Below, piece by piece: positions 23,124 to 36,617 of a stretch of 64,000 nt of DNA. This DNA comes from Mesotaenium endlicherianum (lineage: Eukaryota). Where the stretch lies: positions 27,621-91,620 of the forward strand of contig WELA01003305.1 in the NCBI GenBank assembly GCA_009602735.1, given 5' to 3'. The position numbers and the translations under genes are program-made. The notes beneath the pieces were generated by a model. That model was given only the letters and a program-made list of their open reading frames with translations. It searched no databases and had not been told where the DNA came from. Each line of letters begins with the position of its first letter. Position 1 is the stretch's first letter.

Positions 23124-26100
23124 CGAGGCCAACCTTGTTCCTCCGAAAATTTGTGGCGACCAGACTACATCCCCTTTAGAAGCTGCATAAAGTGAAAGTA
23201 CAATGTTCTAAAGAACTCTACTACCTAAGCAGAAACACAAGAAGAAGCTTACACGTGACCTATGAACCAATTTTTATTTTCATCTCAATGACTCCGTGTC
23301 AAAGAAAAACTATATTGTGAGTTGGCAAGGAACGAGTTTCTGAAGCTTTCAAATAGTAGGGCATGGACATTGGACAGATGAAGCTCTTCTTGGATGCACT
23401 CATGCCCCTCGCGCTATTTGTGCGACAGTAAAAGAACGTACCGAAGCTACTGAAAAGTACATGTACGTGTTCCAACTACGCAACGCGCGGGACTTGAGCT
23501 AATCGGTTTGATCATAGCTAGTTCAAAGTGGCATCGAGCCGTTTTATATTTTGTAAAGTTTCTTTTGGCCAAGGCCTGAAGTGGCTTCTGGACTTGGGGC
23601 CCAACCTGGTCGCGGTCTTGAAGAAATGTAAAACCGAAGCGTTTGATTAATTTTGTGCAACGAAAACAGAAATTTGCCTCTGTACCCAGTGATTGCCTCG
23701 GTACCGGCCAGTGATCGGCAGCAATCCGCAGAAGTGGTCGCCATCGAGGAGCCTGCAGGAAGGGCACAGGGAGGGCCAGCGAGAGCGAAGAAAAGTGATG
23801 GGGAACAACGAAGTGGGGCTGAATGTGGCTGAATGTGTCGCAGGCACTTAGCTGGAAAGTGCTTGAAAGTGAGCCGAAGTGGGCCCCCATGTGCAATATT
23901 GCCGTCAGATCGAGACCATGTGACGGAGAAATGACGTTGATTGACAAGGAGTAACACCAAAGTGCACCAATTTGCACCAAAGTATAAAAAGATGTCGAAA
24001 AATGCTAGAGGGACTTTAGTTCGAAACTCTATTTGCCGCTTTTAACCCTCTCCCGTTTTGGCTCATATTGGTTTCCCTCAAGTCGTGTTTTTACAAGTGG
24101 GTCTTCATTCGGCGTCGACTGCGCATCGATGATCGTAGCATTTGGCGTGCAACTTGTAGCACTTTATAGCTTGCCTTACATCCATGGGGTGCTAATCTTT
24201 TTACCAGGGCAGGCCTCCTGACGAAAATATTAATATATAAATGTGAACAAATAAATAAATATATATATATTGATTCATTTATATGTTTTTATGATGGTGA
24301 AGTTCTCGATAACTCTTGATCATGTGCATATAGATTCAATATGGCCGGATTTCGGTGCCTTTTCCCAAAATGCTTAAGTAGACAACGGCAAAAATCAATT
24401 TTATGGGCATTATGCAATAAAGCCGGCTACATGTGTTGCGCAAATAGTCAATCAATGATTTTTTTTTTGGGGCACTTCCTTTAGAGATGCAGGCTTCAGC
24501 GGACAATTGATTTTTTGCGCAAGGAATATGATTTTGGCGCCAAAATTCAATGAGACAAGTATTTTGATGGACCAACTTGCAAATTTGGCAAAATCAAAAG
24601 CATATTGGTGAAATTTGTGGCAATTAGCACCTCATGCTTAAATTGCATTCAGACAAGGTTGACGCGTCTTCTTTTATCTTTCCCAGGCCCTAAAACAGAA
24701 GGTGCTGACCACTGATTGGACCTTCGTTTTCTTTAGTTGTTTGGTCAACCCAAACAAACAACGCACTTCTCACACTTGGTCTACTGTAAATCATGGTGGA
24801 CCCCAATCTACTCCATCTTTGAGCCATGGCAGCTACTTGACGACTTAGTATACATTTGAGATAAAATTGGGGGTATTTGCTAACATTACATAGCAAAATT
24901 TGAGTGAAAATAAGACACTATCTTTGGGAGCGGATTTTACTTCAAATTCCTACATTTGCCAAGGCAAATGCGATTTGGTACATTAACCCTAATCATAAGT
25001 TGATTCCACAAAGAGCATTTGCAAAGAAAACAGCTAAAATTGGTTCTGGATTAATCAAATAATTCCTTGCAAAAGTAGTGGTCAACATGATAAAAGTTGG
25101 ATGCCTTCATATGATTTCAACAAATTTTTTGGATATTATGCTTATCGCGCCTAGGTTCCCTTTGCTTTCATTCCAAAAAGCATCGTCAGCCAAACTTTCA
25201 AAATTAGAAAAAAAAAAAGATTAATATTTTCGAAGTCTTTTGGATGTTTCAAAAAGTCATGATTACCAGGCAAAGGATAATCACAAAATTTTCTTATTCT
25301 ATTGTGTCGAGAGACTTGCTACTTTGGACCATCGTAAATATTGAAGAATTCACCTTGAAGATGTGAAAATCATTAAACGGCAAAATAGATTGACGCAAAA
25401 AGTGATCCCATGTCGATTTGGCCTCTGGGTGCATGGTCATGAAGAGATTCTAATGTGATTTTTTCCTCAAAAAACCCGGTTGTACATAATAATATTCTAA
25501 AGACGAGTTAATACGAGTATTCATATTTTTCGTGCATTTCAAAATTGGCTGAAATAGTGAGCCTTTTGAAACTTCCAAGAAAGTTTGGATCCGTGTAGGA
25601 TCTTTTTTGTTTCCAAACGGTGTCAATAGGCGCGCTGACAATTGGACTTTTGGTATCGTGGTAGTCAAATTTGATCACTAATTGGTCGTTCTGCGCGCTG
25701 ATGATCATAAGAGTATTCGTGAACGATGCAAAAAATAATTTTTCTTACTTTTTGGCATTCTGTCATTTACCTCACTTAGACATTACAGTTGCATGGGGGA
25801 AGGAATCAACCACTCCAGCAAGGGAAAGATTATATATCTGAACACACTTAGTATTACTTAAAATTATATAAAAACATTTGTTGCTCGTTTCTGGAATGAT
25901 GATGAACACCAATATACTTGTGAGAATCAGGTTTGTGCATATTCGCATTTTGGTTCACGTATCTTGGTAGTACAACTTAGTGGTATAAAATAAATTTGCT
26001 GCATTTAGAGGTTCATCATGACAAACATGTGTGGTCATGAAAATATGTGAAGCGCTCTGTTTTAAATCTCAGAAAAATCTCAAAAGCCGTCAAAAATTTC

Positions 26101-28657
26101 CACCTCGAACAATGATATCCCAATCTTTAATTCTAATTTCAATTTCCATCAACGCATTAGCTTTTGTGAACCACCAAAACCCAAGCATCATTAATAACTC
26201 ACGTTTCATTATCACTTGATTGATTTTTTAATGTACATGAAATATTTATTTAGGCAATTCAAAGTTACTGAGCCATTTCAACATTCAGATTGCGCTCGCT
26301 ACCTGTTCAACGGGATAAATAGACACTTACACTTTTTCACGCTCACTCCCACGTGACGTTTTCACGACATTCTACATTAATTAAACTCTCAATTTGTGAG
26401 ATTACAAACCCTCATGTTAAAGTTTGGGTTTGCAATCTAGGAGCTGTTCCTACCACATTTCTGAAGGCATCGCTAGTATGCCATGGCATGCAAGGAAAAA
26501 AACAAGCTCACAGCATTAGAGTTGATGCTGGCCGCTATGACCGGACCCAATGGGGTCGTTCAAATTGTGTATCTGCGGCACTCTCGGACTTGCTTGTCAA
26601 GCGAGGCGACGTGGCTCTGATAAATTACGTATATGGAAAATGATCATATTATGTCTACAGACACTTAGGGATGTCACATAGTGATTGGGTAAGAATAAAT
26701 GTGATGATTGACTTATGCGTATTGACGCGTAAGGTAGTGAACACAATAATTAAAATTGAATAAACATTTTAAATAGAAATCATACACTCCAGTTGTTAAA
26801 CAATGAGAATGACAAATGACTTGATATGGTATAAGCGGGGTTAATGGGTAATGAGGGGAGGTGCTCGCACCTCCTCCCATTACGCATTAACCACACCCAT
26901 GTTCTATTGCATCGTTCATTACATTTATTCTCTAACATACTAATACCTTATTATAGTCTTATATCAGTTCAGTCTCTCAGCTCCAATATCCTATCTGTGG
27001 ATATAAATTTTTTATCATCGCACATGCCTTACCCAGTCATAATTGTGACTCTTCCATGACTCTGTAACATGCAATATATGTTCCTATTACATTAATCATC
27101 TCAGCCACGTGGCCCTCTTGAATTTCCAGGAACAAAAGAGTGGTCCAAAATGATGTTCAAAAATGCATGCGAAGGCTTTGTATATAGCCTAACGCTTTTT
27201 AAACAACCAGAGATAGCCTGGAAATTCTGGCGCAATCTTGGCCGCGCCAATAGACATGTTTCAAGGTAATGAGCAAAACTTATGTGAAGCAAGAGCTACC
27301 ATGCACATTCAAGAATTGGCTGCTCTTGGCTAACATGAGCATGTGACACAATTAATACAAAGGCCTCGGGTTGAATGATTGGTCAACAGTCCATTGATGG
27401 TTTGGTCTAGGTTTAACTGTGAGGGTGTAATTTGGATTAGAGTGTAGGCATGATGTTACATTCTCCATCTGTGCACCAAAATTCTTTGGGCCTCTATTTT
27501 TTTTGTAAAATCTGAAAAAGTGAAACCTTGCAGTATGCATACGTTACATCATCTTTCGATATCTTTGGCATCAGTTTATTGAGTAGAGAAGGGACGAATC
27601 CGCACAGCTCTGCTCATTCTCAGGCCCTAATCGTGTCTTAGTATACACCAAAAGATCACAACTGGGTATTTGGGGCACAACAATGTTCAATTAAATTGAT
27701 TTGGATTCACCGAGTCCGGCACATAATGGTTATGATGTTCTTCGATTGTGATATATAATCTTCTAGAAGTATTGCCAATCCAAGAGAGATGGGGGCCATC
27801 ACACAGGGACTAAACAACATCAAATTTGCGCACTCCACTCATGGAAAGCAATGAAGACATCTGCAACTAAGAATATTGTGCTTTTGGGGCCAATGAGCCA
27901 CTTTTTTTAAGGTAGCAATCCTCCTCGTTGGCCTCTAAACTTTGCGTCAACCGTTCAAGTGACACATCTACATGGCACACTATAGAAGCAAGGTATTTTT
28001 GCAAAAATTATCATTCTTGAAGCCAAAGCATTGAAAGCAAGATGACGTCAAGTTTCATCCTTGGCGAGTATAGGTTTCTTGTACGATGTACTCAAAACAA
28101 GCCAATGAGTTGATAGTTGTGCTCCATAAAGTGCTTACAATTTGCAACTTCTATCTTTTAGGCTGCCCAAGCTTCAGGTGTACTTCCTAAGAAGTCCATT
28201 TGACTTGTTTCCCAGAATTTACCTATCCTCGAGTAGATGTACTCCAATATGCAGCGAGCACATGACCCCAACTACTAAAATCTAGATTACTTAGCCTTTA
28301 GAACCCCCCCCTTTCAGTTTTCAAGTGCCTAGCTAAAAACATAAGATGGGGACCTGGACCAGCAACGAATCGTATGCTTTTCCGAGAAAACTACCTCACT
28401 ATGAACCAATTAGTACAGAGAGTGCATAGGGAGACCGCCTTCCGCACACCAAGTCCTATATGGCACATGGGGCCCCTATGGAAAGAATTGATACAGGGAG
28501 CTCGTTGTGCATGTCGCACAAAGTCCAATATGATACACTGGCCCCTACGTACACATTGATTACTTCCAATGACGCGTTCAAAGACAATGAGGAACGTTGT
28601 TATGTACATTCCTGTTTACATGAGGCCGCAAATCATGTGGCCGTAGAGTCGACTAGC

Positions 28658-31600
28658 TCAGCTGATCCATTTCTTCTTGAGGATCGCCACCTCGTCGTCC
28701 GCAAAGGGCTCATCGAGAGCGCCCTGGTGGCGGAGAAGCATGTCATCCTGCAGGTGCAAGATCCAGGCGTCTCGAAAAGACTCGTTTATGTCAATATGCC
28801 ACACGCCTGGAGGCGTCAGGAACACGGTGCCCTGCTCCCAGTCCACCCTGCCCCGCACAAGCAACGACACATTCCAAGTCAGCGTCGAGTGTCGGGTGTC
28901 AGGTGTCGCGTGCGGGGTGCCGCATATGAAGCGACCCGACAGGTGTTCGATGCCAGGTGCCGCGCATTCGGGTGACCGGACAGGTGTTGGGTGCTGGGTA
29001 TCTGGGGACCAGACGGGTGTCGTATTTGTCAGGAGAGGCACACATGTCAGAAGGCCCTACTAAGAACACCACGACAGGAGCTTATCCCAGAGGACGCATC
29101 CAAGAAAGAAGCAGGATGCTCATCAGGAGGTCAGGCTGCACGCGGCGTGTCTCCCTCTGACAAGATGGGACAAGATATGAACATCGATACCCCGTGCCAG
29201 CTCATCGTTCATCGTGTTCTATCACAGGCGTGATTTTACCAGATGCTGCCTTTGGAATTATTCGGTCAATAGACACAAGTATTTGCACCAGAATCATCAT
29301 GACAGCATCCTGAGGTCACTGTGCCCCTGCATGCATGCATGCATGCAGCATGACTGCAGCTGCTGCCACACACCAGCTTACGCTTCTGGAATGCACGTAG
29401 GCACTGCAAACGTCGGACACGTTCACTTTGACTACTACACTCACCCAAAGCGCAATCGAGGGAGTTATATACGGCCATATGCATGCGACATAGCACGTCA
29501 CGCCTACCTTAACCTTTCCTCCCTGAACGCACGGTGTCAGCTAGAAACTACTGTCGCCATATGCTTGCGACACAGCGCGTCATGCCACCCTATTAACTCT
29601 CCTGCGTGAACGCACGAGGTGAACTTCAGACAAACAAGTGCCAGCTCCAAGCGCCGCTTGCGTTCTGCACTGCAGAGCACACACAGGAAGCGACGGAGAG
29701 CACCCCCGCAGGCACACTTGCGTTCTGTCACGCACAGCACACAGCACACACAGAAAGCGAGGAAAGGGCGTCCCCGCAGGCAAGCACAGGAGGGGCTTCT
29801 CACTTGATGGGTTTGATGATGTGCCCAAAAGCGTCGAGATGCTTCCCCATCATGGTGTAAGCGCCCGAAGCTGCCGCTAGCACCAGGTTGATTGCAGTTG
29901 CGTTCATTTTTCGGGGCCTTTGCAGAGGACCTGCCTAACAACCAAGAAAACATATCGTCAATAAGACACCAGGGAGACATCATAACATCGCCATGAGACA
30001 CTACAATAAGACATACAGTACGCCCCTTACGATTGGAGCGCTATGATTAAGACCCCTTTACGAGGAACCAAGCCTAGTTACAGTGCCACTTGTGAAACCC
30101 ACCTTGTCCGGCAAACACCCCACAATCACCGAAACATGAATGGACGCAGCCCTAGACGCCAAATGCCAAAGAAAGAAACGCCACGTTTTGGATGCTGGCG
30201 CTTCAGTCTGCACCTCGGTACAGCGACTGAACCCTGTTGCACTGTCTCGCACACACCCTGCCCATTCTGAACTTGACAAGCATCATCTACATCCCAAACA
30301 GATAGGGATGACTCGCGGCTACCTTCTACCTGAACAGGTGTGCATTGCTCTACTACTTTCACCAAGTCTAGCACTTCAAAGCTGGCTGGACCTTGGAAAG
30401 CGCAGCCCAACGAGCCTTCAACAGCTAGCGCCAAGACCAAGTGAACAGCTCAGCAAGGGGACTTCACTCCTGAGTCCATCCTACTCCTGCAGGAGTTAAG
30501 GTGCACTTATCATAAGACCTGCAAAATCCGAGTTCAATAACAGGACTGCAGCTGGTGCCTTAAAGAGCACAGGCAGACGCATACTTTTCTCATCATCCCG
30601 TGCATCTAGACACACACATGCACAAGGGTGTGCGCCGTTGACACGTGCAGACAATCACCAATATCCGCCACAATGTGCGTCAAAAGTGAGTACATTACAT
30701 GTTACCCCAAGCAAACAAGCAGAGCAGATGCAACGCAAAAAAGAAGCTCTAGCATCTTGTGCAGGTGAAACAGCTTACTATCGTGCCTGTGACAGAGGAG
30801 GCCAGTCATAGGAGAATACAAAACGCTAGCAGTGTCATAGGCATGGCTTGGAAGGGTACCCCCGGCAGGCAGCACATCAGGAAGGCACGAAAGCGTGGGC
30901 GTAAGTGGGATGGGTTCAGATGCACTGGCGGTCCTTAAAAGAGAACCCTGCCCGCTGTCAAGCTGCTCCCTTGCAGGGGATGCTTTCTGCCACGCTTCCA
31001 ATGCTTTCCAAGCGTAAGAACTCAGCTGCTCGTAGCTGCAACAAATAGGTCAGCAAGAACTCATAAGTCTATATTGAACACGTCGTCAACAAGGAGGTGA
31101 AAGCCACAAGTGCGAGATGTGTATTAATACAATGGAAGGGAGAGGCTCAGAGAGGTCGAGGACGGTCCCACCAAGCTGCAGAATACTTGTAACATATATG
31201 CCCACATACTGAAAAGAAAAGAGGCACATCAGCCTAAGAGCATTCAGAATCATAATACTAGCTTCTAAATGTATGTCAGCGTGTAGAAATTGATCAACAC
31301 GCATCAATTCAAGAATATTGAGCCTCACAAAGAGCTACCTATTGTGCGCAACACTCGAACGATATGAGACTAGGATTACTTGACGTCTTCAGTCATGAAC
31401 GTGTAGCAAGCTTGTTAAATGCACAAGGGAACAGAGCTTAACGACGTAAATATAGCATCACATACACATAAGATCACGTCCAGCTATATGTGTAAAGCTT
31501 TAGCTTTCCACTTGACAGCACCTTCTGGAGGTTAGTAGACACAGTTACTACGGCACATGACCCATGAAAACAAAATGTTTCTACACTATACACAGATAGA

Positions 31601-32524
31601 AATTGGGTGTGTTTCTCCACCAAAGAGGGGCAAAATAATTATCCACAGATGCACTTAGTCCTAGCGCGAGGCCCCCGCAGTTGCTAGTACCTCAGATAGA
31701 ACACTTGGGAATTGTGTAAAGGGAGCACTCCAAGAGAGGTATGGAGGGGAGCATCGGTCACTCGCATAAGTATCGCCGTTCCTGTACCCCCTTGACTATC
31801 GTGCCAGCAACTTTGCCAGTTGCTGGGAACAACAAACAGGTCGCCAGAATTCCAATCCACAGGCCCAAAGTGCGTGAAAGTGCAACCCTTTCCCTGCACC
31901 ACATAGAAGACCTGCATCAAGATTCCCAGAAATTGATCAGCATCAATTGCTGGAGTCCACTAGGTATGAGGGATATACAGAACACAACTAACCCTCTAAA
32001 GGTCTGATCTTCAGAGGCATCTTAGTTAAAAGTGATTGGATGACCATATGCATTTCAAGTTCCATGAAGGAAGTTGGCATGCCCGGCCAGAGGCAAACTC
32101 CGCCTGACCCGAGTCGCCCACTCTGAGGTGTAAAGTGAAAAGCAGAATAAATTTTTTGTATCCTCTGCATCTAGATGCTGCAACGCCCAATAGTTGCTGA
32201 CTGTAAGTGCATAAGTCAACGATGTTTAACCTGGTTGGCTGCACAATACTCTGTTTCCAATCTTTGTCCCTCACAAATCCTGACAAATGAGACCAGATGA
32301 CTTGGGGTGGTAGCTTGATACCCGTTACCCGAGTGCTTCCCTAGATCCATGTGCACAATTCCATTTGGGCCACGGCAATAAGATCCGGCCTTGAGCGTCC
32401 TAGGCTGGATATCTGAAGGACCTGGAGTAGCTACGTAGTCATTCATTTTGAAAGCTTCATCAGGTACGTTCCGAACAAGTAATTTCTCAGAAACAGCTGC
32501 AATCGTTGAGAAAAAAGAGCCCAT
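28658..32524 (-). CDS. Bicupin (RmlC-like, gentisate 1,2-dioxygenase-like bacterial cupin family) protein, 5 exons
   Basis: Exons 32524-32231, 31911-31691, 31035-30860, 29930-29804, 28847-28658; GT-AG junctions with phases 0,2,1,2 giving an open frame. Motifs: MDL....YQATTPSHLVSFVRI..G, ANQVFYVVQGKG.T....VDWNSGDLFVVP, VTDAPL...LGV, LTPTL....VLPAG..QRP, GAYTMMGKHLD..GHII.P.KVDW..GTVFLTPPGVWH...NES..AWI..LQD. The start codon is uncertain. Confidence 0.8.
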
Positions 32525-35500
32525 ATCTCTCACAAGGCATTAATTGTGCAAGGTGTCTTAACTTCTAATAAGAGCAAGAGCATGGCCTCTACTTATAAGA
32601 GTGATAAACTGTTTTCATGGATCGAGCGTGCTACACGGTGGCAGTTTTTAAAGTACCCCTTCTCATGCAGGCCCCCACTTATTAGTGAAGTTTGTCACGT
32701 CTTTGTTATGGAGGCACAAGGGTGGTATACATACGGCAAGCGCTCGGAATGCGAAAGCTCCTCAGCCTCATGCAGGCGCCATCATCTGCGCAAACGTTAA
32801 GCAACATCAAGCATGCAGACGCCCATGCACATCGTAAATCCAGCTGCATGCAGGCTGAAGTTTGCTTGAGCCATCCTTGTCATTGGGCCTACAAGATTAC
32901 CATACGCCAATGATTAAGCCTGCATCGTTACTACGTGCGCATTGCGCTTAAATCACTAGTACTGATCTATCACTCCGACAGATTCACGCTCAACTCACGC
33001 CTCGTTGACTGCTCCTGAATAAAGCAGGTCGCAGTGTATCAAGCTGGTAAGCTAGCTTGAAGCATTGACGGAAATATCATTCACGTCAAACACGTAACAA
33101 AGTGGTCAAGAAAAATCTAGTGTTCCGCACATGTGACGACCGGGATTGTAGTTCTACCATTTAATTGCATGTGAAATGTCGTGTTCGTCTACTTCCGCAC
33201 TGAATGCTACTAGGATAGACATTTACCAAAAGCTTCCTCATGTTCCGAGTTCCCAATACTTCCGCACTGACTTCACACCTGTGTATATTGTTGTCACTCC
33301 TGACGTTTGAGTCAACCGTGCTTGATGCTTGAAAGCAATCAAGCCTGCAACGACCGACACAATATAAGTCGAATACATGTCTACTCCTACGCACAGTAAT
33401 TCCCGCGGGTCGTTGCCTTACCTACCTCGTCGTGCCCGGGTCCGCCTCCCCCTTGTATATCGTTACTCGCAAAAAACGGAGACTCTTAAAGAAGCACCCA
33501 GCACGTATTCAAAAGCTGACGAAAATGCGGTGGCACGTGAAAGATGAGTAGCCTGAGCTCTGTGCCTGAAGAGGCTCGGCTGATGCAGGGATGTGCATCA
33601 TTGCCCAACCCTTCCTCCCCCTCTTTTCTTCTCCCCTCAGCCCTGCTGACTGAGGCGGCCAGTATATGGCATGGTGATCAATGGGGGCTGACGTCGCGGC
33701 GATGGGGTGCGTCCGCTGCCTCCTCTGGGCGCCCCCTCTCTCACTCTCTCTCGCGCGCGCTCTCTGGCTTCCTCTCCTCTGTCTGGTAGGGAGGGGCACA
33801 TGGGTGGCGGCGTCTCCGCACTAGACAGCAAGCATGGAAGGATCAGTGGCCGTTCCTTCTGCAACGGCTTAAGTGTGACGTGGAAAAGGAGCTGCCATCG
33901 GAGGTGCAGATTTCTCTCTACACGTGCTTGACGCTGAAGCAGCTGGAGTTCAACAAGCACCTTGTCAGCAAGGTCCCGAAAAATTATTTGCACGAGCAGC
34001 GCTCTAGCTCCAGTGCGTGCTCCCTCCCCCTCCCCCTCCCCCGCCCCCNNNNNNNNNNNNNNNNNNNNNNNNNNNNNNNNNNNNNNNNNNNNNNNNNNNN
34101 NNNNNNNNNNNNNNNNNNNNNNNNNNNNNNNNNNNNNNNNNNNNNNNNNNNNNNNNNNNNNNNNNNNNNNNNNNNNNNNNNNNNNNNNNNNNNNNNNNNN
34201 NNNNNNNNNNNNNNNNNNNNNNNNNNNNNNNNNNNNNNNNNNNNNNNNNNNNNNNNNNNNNNNNNNNNNNNNNNNNNNNNNNNNNNNNNNNNNNNNNNNN
34301 NNNNNNNNNNNNNNNNNNNNNNNNNNNNNNNNNNNNNNNNNNNNNNNNNNNNNNNNNNNNNNNNNNNNNNNNNNNNNNNNNNNNNNNNNNNNNNNNNNNN
34401 NNNNNNNNNNNNNNNNNNNNNNNNNNNNNNNNCTCCCCAATCCCCCCATCCCAACCCCCTCTTAGTCTGTTTGGAAGTGCCTGGTCCTCGTCATCACGTA
34501 CACATGGCGCCATGGGTGTGTGCCACCTTTGCTCAGAAAGGACAGAATGACGCCAGCAACGTCATGCTGCCAGCTGGTGCATGCACCCCTGCGCTCGCCT
34601 TCCCCGTAGGTACATGCACCTAAATGCAACGTGCATAGGAAATGGCGGAATATGCGTGGCTGTTGCTGGCTTGTCGCAGCGCGCTGGCCTCCTCTCTGCA
34701 CAGAGGCATGCACATGTGACGCAGCGACGTGACTCGACGTCATGTCACAGATTGCGGCCCCGCTGCTAGGGGCAGCCTGTGTACGCGCGCGAGCGGCTGT
34801 CTGCGCAGGTCTGGTGTATTCAAAATGTGCCCGCAGCACCTGGGCAGGGCATCTCTCGCACGACCTCTCTCTCTGAGACAGGCGTGGTCGGGCAATACAT
34901 TATGCCAGGTGGCGCATGTTTGCCCAATAACGCCGGGCAGCAGGCAGCGGCAAGCGCATGTGTCGCGCTTGCATCTGGGACCAAGCCTCATGTGCACGCC
35001 CAGCAGCCAGTGTGCACTCCCACAGCAGAGATAGCATCCCCCCGCCCCTCCCCTCCTCCNNNNNNNNNNNNNNNNNNNNNNNNNNNNNNNNNNNNNNNNN
35101 NNNNNNNNNNNNNNNNNNNNNNNNNNNNNNNNNNNNNNNNNNCCCCCCTTCAAAATTTCAAGATAACCTCACACCCCTGTTGGCTGTTGCTCCTGCTGTT
35201 GTTCAGAGCCCGCACCAGGACAAGCAGGCAGTGGACAGGTGTCATTTTGTCCGTCAGACGAAGCCGGTCCACGTGTACTGTCTGGCTGGCCACTACCACT
35301 CCATCGAGGTCCGCCCGGTTTCTCTTCCCTGTTAGTCACTCAATCATGTGCATGTGCGTGAATATGCATGCGCCTCTCTGTATATATATTTTTTTAATTG
35401 TCGTAAATCGGGGGGGAGAGGGAGGGAAGAGAAGAAGCGTGTGTTTGTGTGGAATTCGAAGAGCTTTAGTGTGGCCTAAATTGAAAAGAGTGAAAATCTG

Positions 35501-36617
35501 CAAATGCGGAAACAAAGTTTGGGATACGAACTGAAAAACACACAGGAGATGTCTTGTCGACTCAAGTCCTTTGAGAAAGTTTACAGTGGTTTGAGTTGGG
35601 GTCCAAAGGATATATTTTGTTTACTGGCTACATTACTTTTTCTACAAATTCATTTTCATTGTTGCTAGCCTTATGTTCTGCAGCATTCCTGCGGCCGGCA
35701 TAGCACTTGTCGATGTAGAAAAACATGGAAGTGCTCACTATCAGCTAGTGACAAGTTCACCGTAAAGGGTTCTTGTAGATTGCGATCTGGTGGAAAATAT
35801 CATTGAGGTATCAGACCAATAGTTGCTTGTGCTCGGAGACCAACCATTATACATTTAATTAAATGAATGGTCACTGCATGCATAGCTCAATGAAGCAAAA
35901 TCAGTTGATTACCTTCTCAAATGAAATGACTGGAGTCATTGCTCTTGCAAGTTTCACGTCTGCGCTGACTTTCCTCCCGATACAGACCCTAGCTGGCTTA
36001 AAGCTCGTATGATCGAGCGAGTATTTGTTCAGTTCCATGCAGCTCGTACATTACACTATATATTCGGTTGGTCATCACTCTTGCCGCTGTACAACGTAAT
36101 GTTCAGAATGCTCATACCCTGATAATGGCTAATGCATAATCATTGCATAAGTTCATATTGTCTAAGAATAAGTTAAGCATGTCACTGTAACCATAGAGGG
36201 CCTTGGCATCTATATGGCCAAGTAAAGAAGAAAGCAAAATGCTTTCAACGTCATGCCACATCTGATTTGAAATGTCAATAATTTTACGGGGAGACTTGTT
36301 GTATGATACTGCGAAGCGTCGAGGTATACTACAGGGCGGTGAGTGACTAACACGCATAAGTATTTGTTAGACACTATAATTGCACCAGCAGGCCCTAATG
36401 CCGAGCTTTGAGGTTGCCTAAGATATAAACAAGAGCAGGTGTCACTATAGACAATGGGAAAAAAAGGAGGAATTTTTTATGGAGCACAAGGTGCAAAACA
36501 CCTTCAGTAATTATCTCCTCCCGTAAATGCTGAGCAAATGACAAGAGCAATCTGTGGGAGGGAAGCAACATAGACTCCCACTCCTTTACGCAATTGGAAG
36601 AATATGATCAACCTGCA

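Noticed and set aside
33544..35806. Possible spliced + strand gene (AG/GT-bounded segments near 33790-33903, 34809-34908, 35208-35309)
   Set aside because: I could not build a phase-consistent, recognisable protein, and two N gaps interrupt it; it may be an unknown gene or lncRNA.
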